Source of the DNA: Zygnema circumcarinatum SAG 698-1b
Taxonomy: Eukaryota; Plantae; Zygnematophyceae
Assembly: GCA_037447605.1 (NCBI GenBank)
Contig: CM074821.1
Location: 1,860,001 to 1,924,000, forward strand
Direction of reading: 5' to 3'
DNA: 64,000 nucleotides
The position numbers were made by a program, and so were the translations under genes. Shown here in pieces: positions 26,044 through 49,409 of the stretch. The notes below the pieces were generated by a model, which saw only the letters and a program-made list of their open reading frames with translations, searched no databases and was not told the DNA's origin. Numbering within the stretch: position 1 is the stretch's first letter; every line of letters begins with the position of its first letter.

Positions 26044-27487
26044 ATTTTATATTTATGTCATCATCTATTTCAAACGATAAGACAATACAATGATTGGTTG
26101 TATCAGCCATCGTTCATTGGCAATCAACATAAAAATACAGCGAGGTTAGACATGTACCGTGATGAAGTGATAGGAATTGACGTAGCTTCACAGAACAGAA
26201 ACCAACGACGTCCAAGCAGAAATAAACGCACATGAACAACGAACAAAACTAGTTGTCAAGTCACGTCAAATAGAGCAGTCGTAACAATAGATACTGCAAC
26301 AGCTACCTTATACCCTCTAACGACACAGTACGTCAAAACTCATCTTAATTTAACTAACAAAACAACCGTTTCGGAAGTTGTCAACCGAACCACATCTAAT
26401 CTTGCCGGTCCAAAATTAGACAAGAAATTACGGTTGTCAAACACATAACGGTACAAACATCCCGTTTCGGGAATGGTCAATCGACAATCGCAATTCTGCG
26501 ATTACGAAAGTCGTACAAAAAGGACCAGTCCAAATACAGCCGTTTTGTCCAATTACGGTGACGACGACGATTGACCTACCGATTACCATCAGGTTATAGA
26601 TCATTTGACCGTCAGGTCACTTTCGTCATTTTCTCGGCGGCCTCCGTACAGCCAATCGCCAGTCAAATCGCCGCGCCGCGCCGCGCGTCGCATCTGCGCG
26701 TCATATGCGCGTGTCGCATGAACGACGTCGCCGGTGTCGCATGCGTGCGTCACGAATTTTGCACCGTCCGATCAGCCTTTATCGCTTAATGATGACGTCA
26801 GCCATCCCTCGCTGCGAGACACCGCGTAGTCGTGACGCCGCGTGGAGCCGCACGCCACGCGTGCCGTTTCGGGCATTGTCAATCGACAATCACAATCCCG
26901 CGATTACGAAAAACGTAAAAAAAAGAGAGCCGAAATAGAGCCAAATAGAGCGGTTTCGTGCCTGTACGGTGACGTCGACGACGTTTCGATGACGAAACGT
27001 TTACGGAACAACCGCAATATCATCTTCCCCTGTTCTTCACGTCCTCCCGACATCCATTTTCTTACACTCGCCTGTTTAGCTGAAGAGTTGCTGGTGGTGC
27101 TTGCTGCCCTATTGTTCCGAATTCTACCGTAACCAACACTTATGTCGCTGCGAATTCTCTGCCTTTCTGCTGCTGCAGCTCTTGCTGCATTTCTTCCTAC
27201 CAGAGAAATGCGAAAAACCGAAAAATAATGATTGGTGGAGGAGGAGGAGGAAGGAGGAAGGAGGGAGAAGGAACAGGAAGTGTGGTGAAAGGATGAGGAG
27301 GGCCCTTTGGATGGCGCCCACTTGGAAGGGAGGAGGCCTTTGAAGGGGGAGGGGGCAGCGCCATGGAACGGGAGAGGGGAGCGGCAACGGAGGAGGAGGG
27401 GGAGGGGGAGGAGGAGGAAGAGGGACGAGTGACGGGTGCTGAGGTTTTCTTTGCGTCCACGTCCTCGGAGAGGTGAGNNNNNNNNNN

Positions 27488-29467
27488 TCACTATTTCAAT
27501 ATTATCAACTTCCTTTATTTTCACATACACAAATCGACCTTGAAGACATATGACAAATAATGACGTCCACTTATCGTCACATTCATATACACCTAAATCT
27601 TTTACAGTAGAGAAATCACCATCATGAATAGTTAACAAACCGTACTTAAATAACATTTTATCAACACAAACATTAACATCAGTTATCTCAAAATCTGATA
27701 CAACAGTCATATAGTCAAAATTTCGTCGCTCTCTTGATGTACATCCAATTTTACACAAACTGTAATCATATGCGTATGCAGCATGACAACAACATGAAAA
27801 ATACCCAAGACATAAATCCCATATTCTGCCAATTGTTAATACTGTCTGCCATTCATTACAGTTTATCCGTTTTATACCAATAAAATTTGGTTTCTCGAGT
27901 TCGCAATTCCTATAGTCCATAAAAGAAATACCATCACTTTCGGCACGGCAACCAACATGCAACGAAACACACACACATCGATAAGGACCATCGCGTCGTC
28001 GTCGCTTTAACCTTCGTAAACTATGTTCTGACATATTTTATATTTATGTCATCATCTATTTCAAACGATAAGACAATACAATGATTGGTTGTATCAGCCA
28101 TCGTTCATTGGCAATCAACATAAAAATACAGCGAGGTTAGACATGTACCGTGATGAAGTGATAGGAATTGACGTAGCTTCACAGAACAGAAACCAACGAC
28201 GTCCAAGCAGAAATAAACGCACATGAACAACGAACAAAACTAGTTGTCAAGTCACGTCAAATAGAGCAGTCGTAACAATAGATACTGCAACAGCTACCTT
28301 ATACCCTCTAACGACACAGTACGTCAAAACTCATCTTAATTTAACTAACAAAACAACCGTTTCGGAAGTTGTCAACCGAACCACATCTAATCTTGCCGGT
28401 CCAAAATTAGACAAGAAATTACGGTTGTCAAACACATAACGGTACAAACATCCCGTTTCGGGAATGGTCAATCGACAATCGCAATTCTGCGATTACGAAA
28501 GTCGTACAAAAAGGACCAGTCCAAATACAGCCGTTTTGTCCAATTACGGTGACGACGACGATTGACCTACCGATTACCATCAGGTTATAGATCATTTGAC
28601 CGTCAGGTCACTTTCGTCATTTTCTCGGCGGCCTCCGTACAGCCAATCGCCAGTCAAATCGCCGCGCCGCGCCGCGCGTCGCATCTGCGCGTCATATGCG
28701 CGTGTCGCATGAACGACGTCGCCGGTGTCGCATGCGTGCGTCACGAATTTTGCACCGTCCGATCAGCCTTTATCGCTTAATGATGACGTCAGCCATCCCT
28801 CGCTGCGAGACACCGCGTAGTCGTGACGCCGCGTGGAGCCGCACGCCACGCGTGCCGTTTCGGGCATTGTCAATCGACAATCACAATCCCGCGATTACGA
28901 AAAACGTAAAAAAAAGAGAGCCGAAATAGAGCCAAATAGAGCGGTTTCGTGCCTGTACGGTGACGTCGACGACGTTTCGATGACGAAACGTTTACGGAAC
29001 AACCGCAATATCATCTTCCCCTGTTCTTCACGTCCTCCCGACATCCATTTTCTTACACTCGCCTGTTTAGCTGAAGAGTTGCTGGTGGTGCTTGCTGCCC
29101 TATTGTTCCGAATTCTACCGTAACCAACACTTATGTCGCTGCGAATTCTCTGCCTTTCTGCTGCTGCAGCTCTTGCTGCATTTCTTCCTACCAGAGAAAT
29201 GCGAAAAACCGAAAAATAATGATTGGTGGAGGAGGAGGAGGAAGGAGGAAGGAGGGAGAAGGAACAGGAAGTGTGGTGAAAGGATGAGGAGGGCCCTTTG
29301 GATGGCGCCCACTTGGAAGGGAGGAGGCCTTTGAAGGGGGAGGGGGCAGCGCCATGGAACGGGAGAGGGGAGCGGCAACGGAGGAGGAGGGGGAGGGGGA
29401 GGAGGAGGAAGAGGGACGAGTGACGGGTGCTGAGGTTTTCTTTGCGTCCACGTCCTCGGAGAGGTGA
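27488..29467. other. Exact ~2-kb duplicate of 25498-27477 next to an N gap (probable assembly artefact)
   Basis: Apparently identical sequence resumes immediately after the gap at 27478-27487. Confidence 0.8.
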
Positions 29468-29804
29468 GGTTGAGGGCGAAGGGGAGGTTTTTGCGTTGAA
29501 TTTGGTGTTGAAGGAGGGAGGGGGTTGGCATGTGTGAGTGAGGGAAGGCAGTGTAACCAACACTTATGTCGTTGCGAATTCTCTACCTTTCTGCTGCTGC
29601 AGCTCTTGCTGCATTTCTTCCTACCAAAGAAATGCGAAAAACCGAAAAATAATGATTGGTGGAGGAGGAGGAGGAAGGAGGAAGGAGGGAGAAGGAACAT
29701 GGAGTGTGGTGAAAGGGAGAATGGTGGAAGGGCGAAGGAAGAAAAAGGAGAGGGTGTTGAGGAAGGAGGAGGAGGAAGGAGGGTGTTGGAGGCTACTAAC
29801 TGAC

Positions 29805-30730
<926 letters not shown>

Positions 30731-30753
30731 ACAAACAAAAAAAAAAAAAAACG

Positions 30754-30874
30754 TCTCAATATTACAACATAAGGCCAAATGTTGTAATATTTAGATTGTT
30801 TTTTTTTTAAACCACACACAAACTGCGAAAACAGAATGTGGCCACATTCTGTCGTAGCAGTTTGTGTGTGGTTT
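30754..30874. other. Two adjacent long hairpins, both with GGCC at the apex
   Basis: AATATTACAACAT(30758-70)/ATGTTGTAATATT(30779-91); AAACCACACACAAACTGC(30809-26)/GCAGTTTGTGTGTGGTTT(30857-74), enclosing the perfect palindrome ACAGAATGTGGCCACATTCTGT (30831-52). Confidence 0.9.
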
Positions 30875-31084
30875 TTTTTTGGTTTTTTTCCCATTTTAGG
30901 GCTACGTGGCAACACCTGATTGGATAACAAACATCCAAAAACACACTACAGAACCAACGTGGCAATTTCTGACTGGATAAGAAGTATAACTAATTCCGTT
31001 CGTGCTAACCAATAGGAATGCACCACGTGGCCACTTTAAACAATACGTCCCGTAAACCATCATAACCACAAACTGTCGTACATA

Positions 31085-31680
31085 GAAAACGACACGTGGC
31101 AATCACAGAATCGGTACGAGATATACCACATTTTCTACGCATTAAATCCGACGAAACACACAACCAATCATGACGCGCGACGTGGCAACGTCAGACTCGC
31201 GGAAACTATACCCCATTTTCATTAAATTCATCATTCACAACCTAACCGAATCCGTACACCACATAAAACATCAAAATCGAACGCCGTCGCACGAAGTATC
31301 GACACGTGGCAATGACAGAATGGGAACGCAATATACCCCATTTTCTGCGCATTCGATCCAACGAAACGCACAGCCAATCAGGACGCGCGACGTGGCAACG
31401 TCAGACTCGCGGAAATTATACCCCAATTTCATTAAATTCATCGTTCACAACCTAACCGAATCCGTACGCCACATAAAACACGCCGTCGTAAGTACAAAGT
31501 GACACGTGGCAATGACAGAATAAGTACGCGATCTACCCCATTTTCGGCGCATTCGATCCAACGAAAAGCACAACCAGTAAGGACGCGCAACGTGGCAAAG
31601 TCAGACTCGCGGCAACTATACCCCATTTTCATTAAATTAATCTTTGACAACATAATCGAACCCGTCGTACGGATCAAAAC
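31085..31680 (+). repeat. Three tandem 200-210-bp units, each with two ACGTGGC (G-box/ABRE-like) motifs
   Basis: Units begin gacacgtggcaat at 31091, 31301 and 31501. Confidence 0.9.
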
Positions 31681-32049
31681 GACCGCAAAGCTTTTGCCTA
31701 CGGCAACGCAAAAATAACAGGGGGATCCAGATCTACGTGCGTTGGTTGCCTCGTGGTCCGACGAAATAGGGTAAATTACCCGTTCTATGAGGAAGTGGCA
31801 CTACGAATCAGTGGACGCCACGTGGACGTTTTGAAGCTGTAACAGGCCGCATCAGCCGTACTGGCGGCTGGCGGCCATCTTTGTCGTTTTTATTACCGTA
31901 GAGCCATCCGAGGCGTAGGCCGGTGATTCACGCGTGACCCGGCGCGGCTTTTTGGCGGTACCGTATGGTGTTCGCGGAAGTTGCAGGTTCTCAGTGTGAC
32001 GTCACAATGAGCAGACTACGGTATCAGCACACGCCTGGTTAGGGAGTGT

Positions 32050-32125
32050 TGTTCGTGGTCTCATGCCCAAGTTCATGGTATCATGCCCATGTTCATAGTC
32101 TCATGCCCATGTTTATGGTTCGATG
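32050..32125 (+). repeat. Short ~20-bp tandem repeat (gttcatggtctcatgccca)
   Basis: Three to four imperfect units are visible. Confidence 0.7.
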
Positions 32126-33061
32126 CCTCTGCTCATGTGGTTCAATTTGTTTGCATGTGCCTCGTTGTAAGCCATCTCGCAACCGAATGTCGATACTGTA
32201 TCTGTTCCCCTTTTTTTTTTTTTTTTTTTTTTTTTGTTTTACTGGTACTTTAACAGGTGTCGAAAAAAAGTCACTACGGTATACTGCAACATTGCTCACA
32301 ACATGCAAAACAAATGAGGCATGACAACTGACAACAACCCATACCGTACTCCTAGAACGACGCACGTGTCACGTGTTACTGTTGCTCTGTTTACTTAACT
32401 ACTGCAACAGCGAACCTTATTTGTACCTCGAAGTTGTTCCAAATGTACGGCTTTGTACATGATGTCAGTACCGTACAACTATCCTTCCAGAAAATGACGT
32501 GAGCTAAACGAAGGCTTCCGCAAATTGAACAAATTTCTGACCGGCCGAATTTCCGTACGCAGCGCTTTGAAGAATGGTCCGCTACCGACACGATTTGCCG
32601 CCCGGATCGCATTTGTCGCATTGGCATGATTGCTACCGGTTTGGTACCGGAGTGACGTGACGGCATCCCATTGGTGGATTCAGAAATATCAGGACAATAT
32701 TGAGATACGATACGATACACACTATGCTTTTATTATACGATACGTTACGGTATATCTAATTATTCGATACGATACGCTATGCATCGTCCATGTACATACA
32801 GCGGCAGAGTGCAGAGGCGGTTTGTCGATTCCCCCTCCCTCACTCCCTCCCCTACTCCCTCCCCTCCTCCCTCCCCTCTCCCACTCCCTGTCTCCCTCTC
32901 CCTCTCTCCCTCTCCCTCTCTCCTTCCCCCTCTCCCGCTCTCTCCCTCTACCTCTCCCTCTCTCCCTCTCCATCCAGCAGGAGAGAAATCCATGGCGTAC
33001 TCTATCCCTGTCTAGAGAAGGCCCTCCGCAGCTCCTCCTGCTCCGCCCTCTCCGAGCAGCC

Positions 33062-42238
<9,177 letters not shown>

Positions 42239-42924
42239 AGGTAGGCGCTCTCTCTCTCTCTCTCTCTCCCTCTCTCCACCCCCTCCACCTGCCCCCCCTC
42301 CCCACCTTCCCCCTCTCGCTTGTCTCTCTCGCTCCCTTTCTCCTCTCTCTTGCCCCCCTCTCCCCCTCGCCCTCGCCCTCCCTCTCCCTTCTCTCACAAT
42401 TCATTTTAGACCGACCTTACTGAAATTCATCGTCTTTTTCAGGAGTCTCTCCGAGCATTTAATTCAAGGTAGCGCCCAGATAGGACGTCTCACAAGGCCC
42501 GGCGAGAGGGAGGGAGGGAGGGAGAGGCCGTGAGAGAGAGAGAGGACGAGTGCGCTGCCTCGGGGAGCCCCTCCAAGGACGAACAGTCAATTATCATTAC
42601 TTCATGGCTTCTTACGAGCTATTTTATGAGTCTCCATAGAGTGGGTTATTATTCTCCTTCACTTGTGCAGGCACCAAGACATAAAGAGAGTGAGAGGGAG
42701 AGGGAGAGAGAGAGAGATAGAGAGAGAGGGAAAGAGATTCCTCAGCTGTATAGGCCAGGTTATATAAATAGGCAGCTGTAGTGAAGGGGGAGGTGCTCAA
42801 AGCGGTTTCTTAAGAATGGCCCCTTGAACTCTATATGTTATGTTAGCGGCATGGCTCCGCCTAGTTCAGTAATGCATTGTGAAGCCCATCCCATGGCAGG
42901 GAGAACTCTGCTCTCCCACCACTC

Positions 42925-43133
42925 TCACTCTCCCACTCCCACTCCCACTCCCACTACCACTCCCACTCCCACTTCCCACTTCCACTCCCACTCCCACTCC
43001 CACTCCCACTCCCACTCCCACTCCCACTCCCACTTCCACTTCCACTTCCACTTCCACTCCCACTCCCACTCCCACTCCCACTCCCACTCCCACTCCCACT
43101 CCCACTCCCACTCCCACTCCCACTCCCACTCCC
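42925..43133. repeat. (CCACTC)n hexamer repeat
   Basis: Directly visible. Confidence 0.95.
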
Positions 43134-44260
43134 TTCGACTTCCATGACCACTCCCACTCACCACGTCTGTGGTCGTTACGGTTCAGAATTTCGGGGTTTG
43201 AAACTGTGAAGCCCTCATTGTTTGATGTATTGAAATTTAAAGTAATAAAACTGTTGCAATTGTGGAAGGTGCTATTGGTTGGAGCGTTTGGGGCTCAACG
43301 TCATAGGCTCCTATGGAAATAAGTCGATGGCCATCCTGACTTCGTAGATTTTAAGAGCTTTTTTTTAAAATTTATTCGTGGGGCCCTTCTCCGGTCTCAA
43401 CTATAGTTGACCATCTACCAATGGTGATACGCGTTGTGTACAAAATTGAAAACGTGGTAAATCGCCGTCGGGGAAATATTTGACTGTCTTCGAATAAGTG
43501 GCGAGGCCGACTACGTTGTTTTAATGGTTATTGGGTAAATAACCATTGGAAGATGGTCGACAGACTTGTGTATGTGCCGAATCGCCCATGGCTGACTATG
43601 GTTCACAAAAGAAAGCGGAACTTACCGAAATTGGAGAGCGTGACTGATTCCACGACTGAAGTTCAATGGGATAAACACGACAGTTTCATATAGTTCACCA
43701 ACGTCGCGATAAAGTTGAAGACCCTACTTGAGGATTTCGGCCTTAAACTTAGTCAAACAAATTCCATGTTCATGCCCAATTTACATGTCTTCATCTGGAT
43801 CACAGCTCAATATCCGCCATCTGAAGCAAAGTTCTCCTTTGGATTCTAAATGTGAATTGACCATGTGGATATGAAATGAAGGGGGGCAAAAGGTTAAACA
43901 ATTTGAACGTTGCTTGATGTTATGATGTATGAGAGAGGAGGAGGAGCAGTAGAAAGCTACATGGAAACATGTCATTAGAAGGTTTATACAAGCTGACTGG
44001 TCGAACTTTCAATAGTTCGCCGTAGTCGGCTAAAGCAAAAGACAAAACCATCGACAACTTCGAGATTACAGAAACCGCAGTTCTTCGCTAGAAAGCTTTA
44101 GAGCGCTGAAACCCATGAAATTAAAGCTCAACACAAAAGAGCGGGTAAACCAAAAAAGGAAGTGGAATCCACATTCGTGGATCTTCATGGTGCAGAAATT
44201 AAAGTAGACAAAAAAACCCACAGTGGCAGAAATTAAGGGACTTCGGCAGAGCTGGGACTT

Positions 44261-47200
44261 CTAAGGAGGGCGCTGCCAACGAAGGAGTGCCTCATAAAGA
44301 AAATGCCTTTGGATGCATGCACGTCGCCTGTACATGACGCTCTTCTGCTTCTTCACAGGGATAGAGGGATTGAAGTGGAGAAAGACGAGGAAGACGGAGA
44401 GGGGAGTGGAAAGGGAAAGCGGAGAGAGGGGGGGACTGGAGGGAAAGAGGGGGGAAGGGAGGCCGAGGGGGGGGGGGGGGNNNNNNNNNNGAGGGAGGGA
44501 GGGGAGGGAAATGCGGTACGGAATGAATTTCCTCCCCATCCTGAAGATTAAACTACAAAAAAGTTGCTTCATTTTGCCGATTAGTGATGGGAGATTAGAG
44601 AGTGAGTTTTTTCTTTCTGTTACCTTTTTGCGCATGAAAATAAGTGTTTGGCGGAGATGAGTGAAGGGAGATAGTCTCCCTTGCACCGCCTTCCACTCTC
44701 TCCGGAGGTGGCTGAGCACTCGGATGCTCGCTCGCAAGTTTTCTGCATGATGCTTCTCCTGCATAGGAGGAAGTGAACGGCGGGAAATAATGAACATGGG
44801 GATAGTCAACGCAGCTTTGAATGAACAAAAGTAACAGAAGAGGGCTTGATGTAAGATCCCTTGCGATTAGCTTCACACACTAGAGGCTTCCTACTAAAGC
44901 CTCAAAAGTATGTTATACATATACTTATGAAGTAGTGAGAGGCTCACCCACTGCTTGTAGCAGTCAGAATTCTGTGATAAGCACCATACAAAATAACCGC
45001 AGGCTTCCTCAGAAAGGGCAGGTGGTTCTGCAGTGCATCCCCAAAAACAGGAAAGTCCAAAATTAAGGTTCCGATCTAATCAGGCTTCCAATACTACATC
45101 GAGCCTTCATCATTACCGTCAGCTCACTTTCATAACGGAGGTTTCTACAAATGCTGCAGGGCACATCTTCCCCTCTCTCTCCGTTTCAACTTTCTTCCCA
45201 CTCGCTCACTCACTCGCTTCCCTCTATTCACCCACACTCCCTTAGTCCTACGACGCTTTGCCTGCACTGCCATTCTGATAAGAGCCCAGGACAAGGAATC
45301 TCTAGAATTCATTAAAAATTGAAGGCTGTAAAGTTTGTCTGCATTTTAATTTTAACCGACCGCTTGTATATTTCGCTCACCTTCTGCGACAGCTGCCAAG
45401 CTGAGGGGAAGCAGCTGGAGAGCAGCTGGTTTCGTGGTTTTGCTTTGGAACGATCCGGCCAAAGCAACCTCCTTCACCAATATATATGCAGACTCAAACC
45501 GTTCCGTGGCCTGCAATCGCAACGAAAAAAAAAAAACCTGCCTACAGTGAGATGAACGGAGGATGGCACCACCTACCTCTCAAGTCGCTCACCCCCTACC
45601 TCACTTCCCACCCTCCCACACCTCATGATCTAGCCTCCCCACCTCTACCTTCCTCCCTCTCCTCCTACCTCTCCCCCCCTCGCCTCCCCTTCCTTCAACG
45701 TGCTAGAAGTATGGCCATACCTCGATCTCGGAACCCTTTCCCTACTCCTGCATCCCTATACATCCTAAAACAGCTGCATCTCTCCTTTCTCTCTCTCCTC
45801 CTTCCTCTCCCTCTACGTCCTATGGATAATCAATCTTTCCTACCCCCTCACTACTTCGTACTAGACATATATCCTCAATCACTCTCCTCCTCCCACTCCT
45901 TTATGTCCTACCTTTGTCCTTTGGGTTTCCGGAGGGAAGGCTGCATGCAGCATCAAGTCCAACGCCTGCGGAGTGATAAGCCTTTCCCCTTTCTTGGAAG
46001 CACCATTCAAAAGAGTTGTCCTCGCCTTTGCAAGATTCTTACAAACCACACTGCAATTAGGCCCGAAAAAAGGAAAAAGAAAACACTCAGGGGTGGTCGA
46101 CATATTTCTTCACAAGACGGCGAATAAAAATGCTCTACATCTGCAAGAAAAAAATTGCCAATTGGGTCCAGAAATTCCCCTCACCTTTCAAAGAAAGTTA
46201 GAACGATATCTCGCGTCAAAGGGGTGCTCTGCTTTCCAACAGCCAATGGGAGGAGGTTCCGCACCCAAAGCCACATTCCTGATATAAGGTCTGCTTGAGC
46301 CACCTGTTCCTCCACCCCTGCCCACACGTTGAACTACGTACGCATACGCCTCTCTCTCCCTATCTTCTCTCTCTCCCTCTCACTCCCGATACCCTTCTCC
46401 CCTTCTCCCCCTCTCCTCCTTCCCCCCCCCTCCTCCCGTTTCCATATTTCTCTCCCTCTTTGTCTCTCTCCCTGTGTAAAAAAAATCACTCTCCCTGTCT
46501 CTTCCCATCCACCCAATTCTCTCCCCCACTCCCACATCAACAACACAACTCATTACCACCTCCAAGGGGACACTTTCTCAATTTAAGTAACCCTCCTTCC
46601 TTCCCTCATTTCCTTCCTCCCTCGCGCCCTCCCTCCCAGAAAGCCCATGCCAGCGACAATATCTCTTCCTATTGAAAATTGAAAGCTCAGCAAAGCTTGA
46701 ACATATCCTGCAAGCAATTCAAGTACGGAATTCTGCAAGGACGGCATTTTTACCTGACCGTACAGCCATGCTAGGCCCTGCAGCTTGTCCAGGCCGTTGA
46801 AATCATTTCCTCTCCGAATATTTTCCGCCTGCTGAAGCATAATTTCCGGCCTCTTCCGGACCAAAATAGACAAAACCACAAGGAGCCCCACCTGTCCCAA
46901 AAAATTCGTCCAGAAACAGATTAGGAAAAAGGAGAACACCACGACCCCAATGTGTGAAGTAAGATCATATCGTGATATTCTTATGGAGGTACTTAACTAT
47001 CGAAAAAGCTATCCAGAAGCGATGAAACAAAAGAGCTGTTTACTCTGCTGGCATTTAATCGATTAAGATCATTCAATCGATGATTATATCTACAAAAAGA
47101 ACCTAAAGATTGTCATTCTCTGTAATTGTAATTCTTGTAATTCTATCTCTCGCCCTCCCTCTTTCTCTCCCGCTCTCTCTCGCTCTCTCTCTCTCTCGAA

Positions 47201-48921
47201 GATTCAGCACACCTTAGCCTTGGTCGGCGCAAGGGGAGCAGGAACGCCTTTTTTCGGCACTATGCCTGCGCTGGAAAAGTCTTCCAAAACGCTCTTTAAA
47301 AGGAGTAAGGAAAATTTTCCCAATTCTTCGCTCGGTTTCTGAACGAGCCAGTCTGCGGTAGTGCTTATGAGAGTCTCCGGAATGTCACAGAGAGGGATCT
47401 GCCAAAAACAACAGACATCAAAAATTAAAAGAAACGCCAGAACCTCGCAAAAGAGACAATAATGAAAAGGGCCACGAAAAGGTAAGAGAGAAGAGAGGGG
47501 AGCGAACTGAAAGAGTTAAGGGGGGAGAGAGAAAGAGAGAATAGGAGGGGGAGAGAGAGAGATGAGAGGAGAGAGAGATATGAGAGATATGTGCGAAGAG
47601 AGAGAGAATATGAGAGGGGGAGGGATAGAACGAGAGACAGCGATGCGAGATATGTGCAAAGAGAGTGAGAGAGATGAGAGAAGAGAGTGGACGAGGGAGA
47701 GCGAGATACAATGGACGCTATGTGATTACGAACTTATGCCTTCATGGGAATAATTCTCTCCTGAAACTGTGACAACTAGCTTGCATGAGAACTCATTCAT
47801 CCATATCGAGTGCGCAAATTTAAAATTCAAATTAATACAAAGAAAAGTAAACTGAATACCTCGACCGCCCTTGCAAAAGAGTGATCCTTCAGAATTTTTG
47901 GCAGACTGAACTGCGATGTGGTGACGGCGCTGAAATTTCGCGCGAAAAAATCCGCACATCGCATAAGCTGCACCTCGGGCAGATGGGTAAAGGATTCCTG
48001 CCCCGCCCAAAAAAAAAAAAAAAAAAAAAAAAAACAGAAAGCTCAGATGTATTTTTGCACATTGCATGATGAGGAACGCTACTGAAAATAGACAACAGAA
48101 CCGATTTTCAAATGTTCAAACATGTTACTGCAAATTGTATGAGACACATGGTTGAGGGCAATTCCAATTCTTGCTTCCTGACAAGTACAAGGAATCCATG
48201 CTTGCAGAAAGAAAAGAAAGGAAAAAAAAATGAAGATTTGATCAAATTCGAAACCCTTTTCCAGATTCATTTCAATCACTGCAACTGGCTTAGCAATTGC
48301 TGCCGTCATCGTAACATCACCATTGCTGACATCATTCCTGAGACGACCACAGCAGTTCGCAGTAGGGCTCAAATTGAAATTACTACCCACCGAAATTTGA
48401 GCCAAAAAAGCCGACAGGTCCGCGAGATCCACCGCCTGCGCAGCGTCTGCAACAGAGACTTTGGCTTTCTTCGCACGCTTGCTCTTCGCCTTCTTCCCCT
48501 CTCCCTCCTCCTTCTCCCCTCCCTCTCCCTCTCTCTCTCCCTCTCCCTCTCCCTCCCCCTCTCCCTCTCCTTCTTCCTCCCCATCTTCTTCCATGGCCGC
48601 CTTCCTTGCAGCCAGGCGCGCCCTCCTCTCCTCCGACGCCTCATCCAAAGCAGCAAATACAGAGAGATCTACCTCCCCCCCCCTCTCCCTTTCCCTCCCC
48701 CCCGCCTTCCCGCCATGGCTGCCGTTTCCGTTAGCAGCCATGGCTGTCGCCTCCTTGCTCCCTCTCTTGGAGTCCTTCGCGTCCATTCTGCGTTGGCGCC
48801 GTACGTTCGTGACCTGCTGCCAACCATGGCTGCCATGGCTGCTGCCGCGATTAGGGTTAGGGTTAGGCTTGCTGCCATTGCTCTGGATTATAGTTGCAGC
48901 TTCGTCGGATGAAGCATCCAT
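44261..48921 (-). CDS. TMEM214: TMEM214 / DUF2359 family protein; 3' end uncertain because of the gap at 44481
   Basis: SHGWQQVTNVRRQRR N-terminus, KVSVADAAQAVDLADLSAFLAQIS|ESFTHLPEVQLMRCADFFARNF, IPLCDIPE, VGLLVVLSILVRKRPE..DKLQGLAWLYGQ|VAQADLISGMWLWVRNLLP, GERLITPQAL, ATERFESAY..KEVALAG and WCLSQNSDCYKQW, across at least 9 GT-AG exons. Confidence 0.85.
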
Positions 48922-49409
48922 GGCGGCCGCGCGGGCGTAGGACAGTGGGGCAAGGAGCGTGGAAGGGAGAGAGGGAGGTAGAGGGTGAGGGGGAAAGAGA
49001 GTTGGAGAGAGAGGAGAGGGAGAAGAAGCGGTTTGACTTCGTTGAAATATGCCAACCGCCAACTGTCTTTGAAGCGGGGCCGTTTCTATGCCCAGCTCCA
49101 TGTGGAAAATTACTCGCAGTTACTGTTATAGTTCGGTTCACAGTTTTTACTCACCATGGAACCGTGGAAGTTGATGGCTGGTCCATGCCCGAGGGAGTTT
49201 TAGCTCGCCGAAGTCAACGCCAGTTCCGTGCCGTATCGTATCGCGCTGTATCGAGGGTGTCCTGAGCTGATTCGGTGCGATATTCCGTATCGATATCTTC
49301 AGTGCTCGATTACGCATCGCATGTTTCAATGGAACTGTCAAGCCGAACAATGTTCTAGGAAAAGGAAAGGAAGTGGCCTTCATGGATGTTCTAGTTGTTG
49401 CAAACCATC

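Noticed and set aside
26904-29467. Second copy of the RepHel N-terminus / LTR-like 2-kb direct repeat
   Set aside because: Identical, gap-adjacent duplication; the 376-aa ORF reads through Ns.
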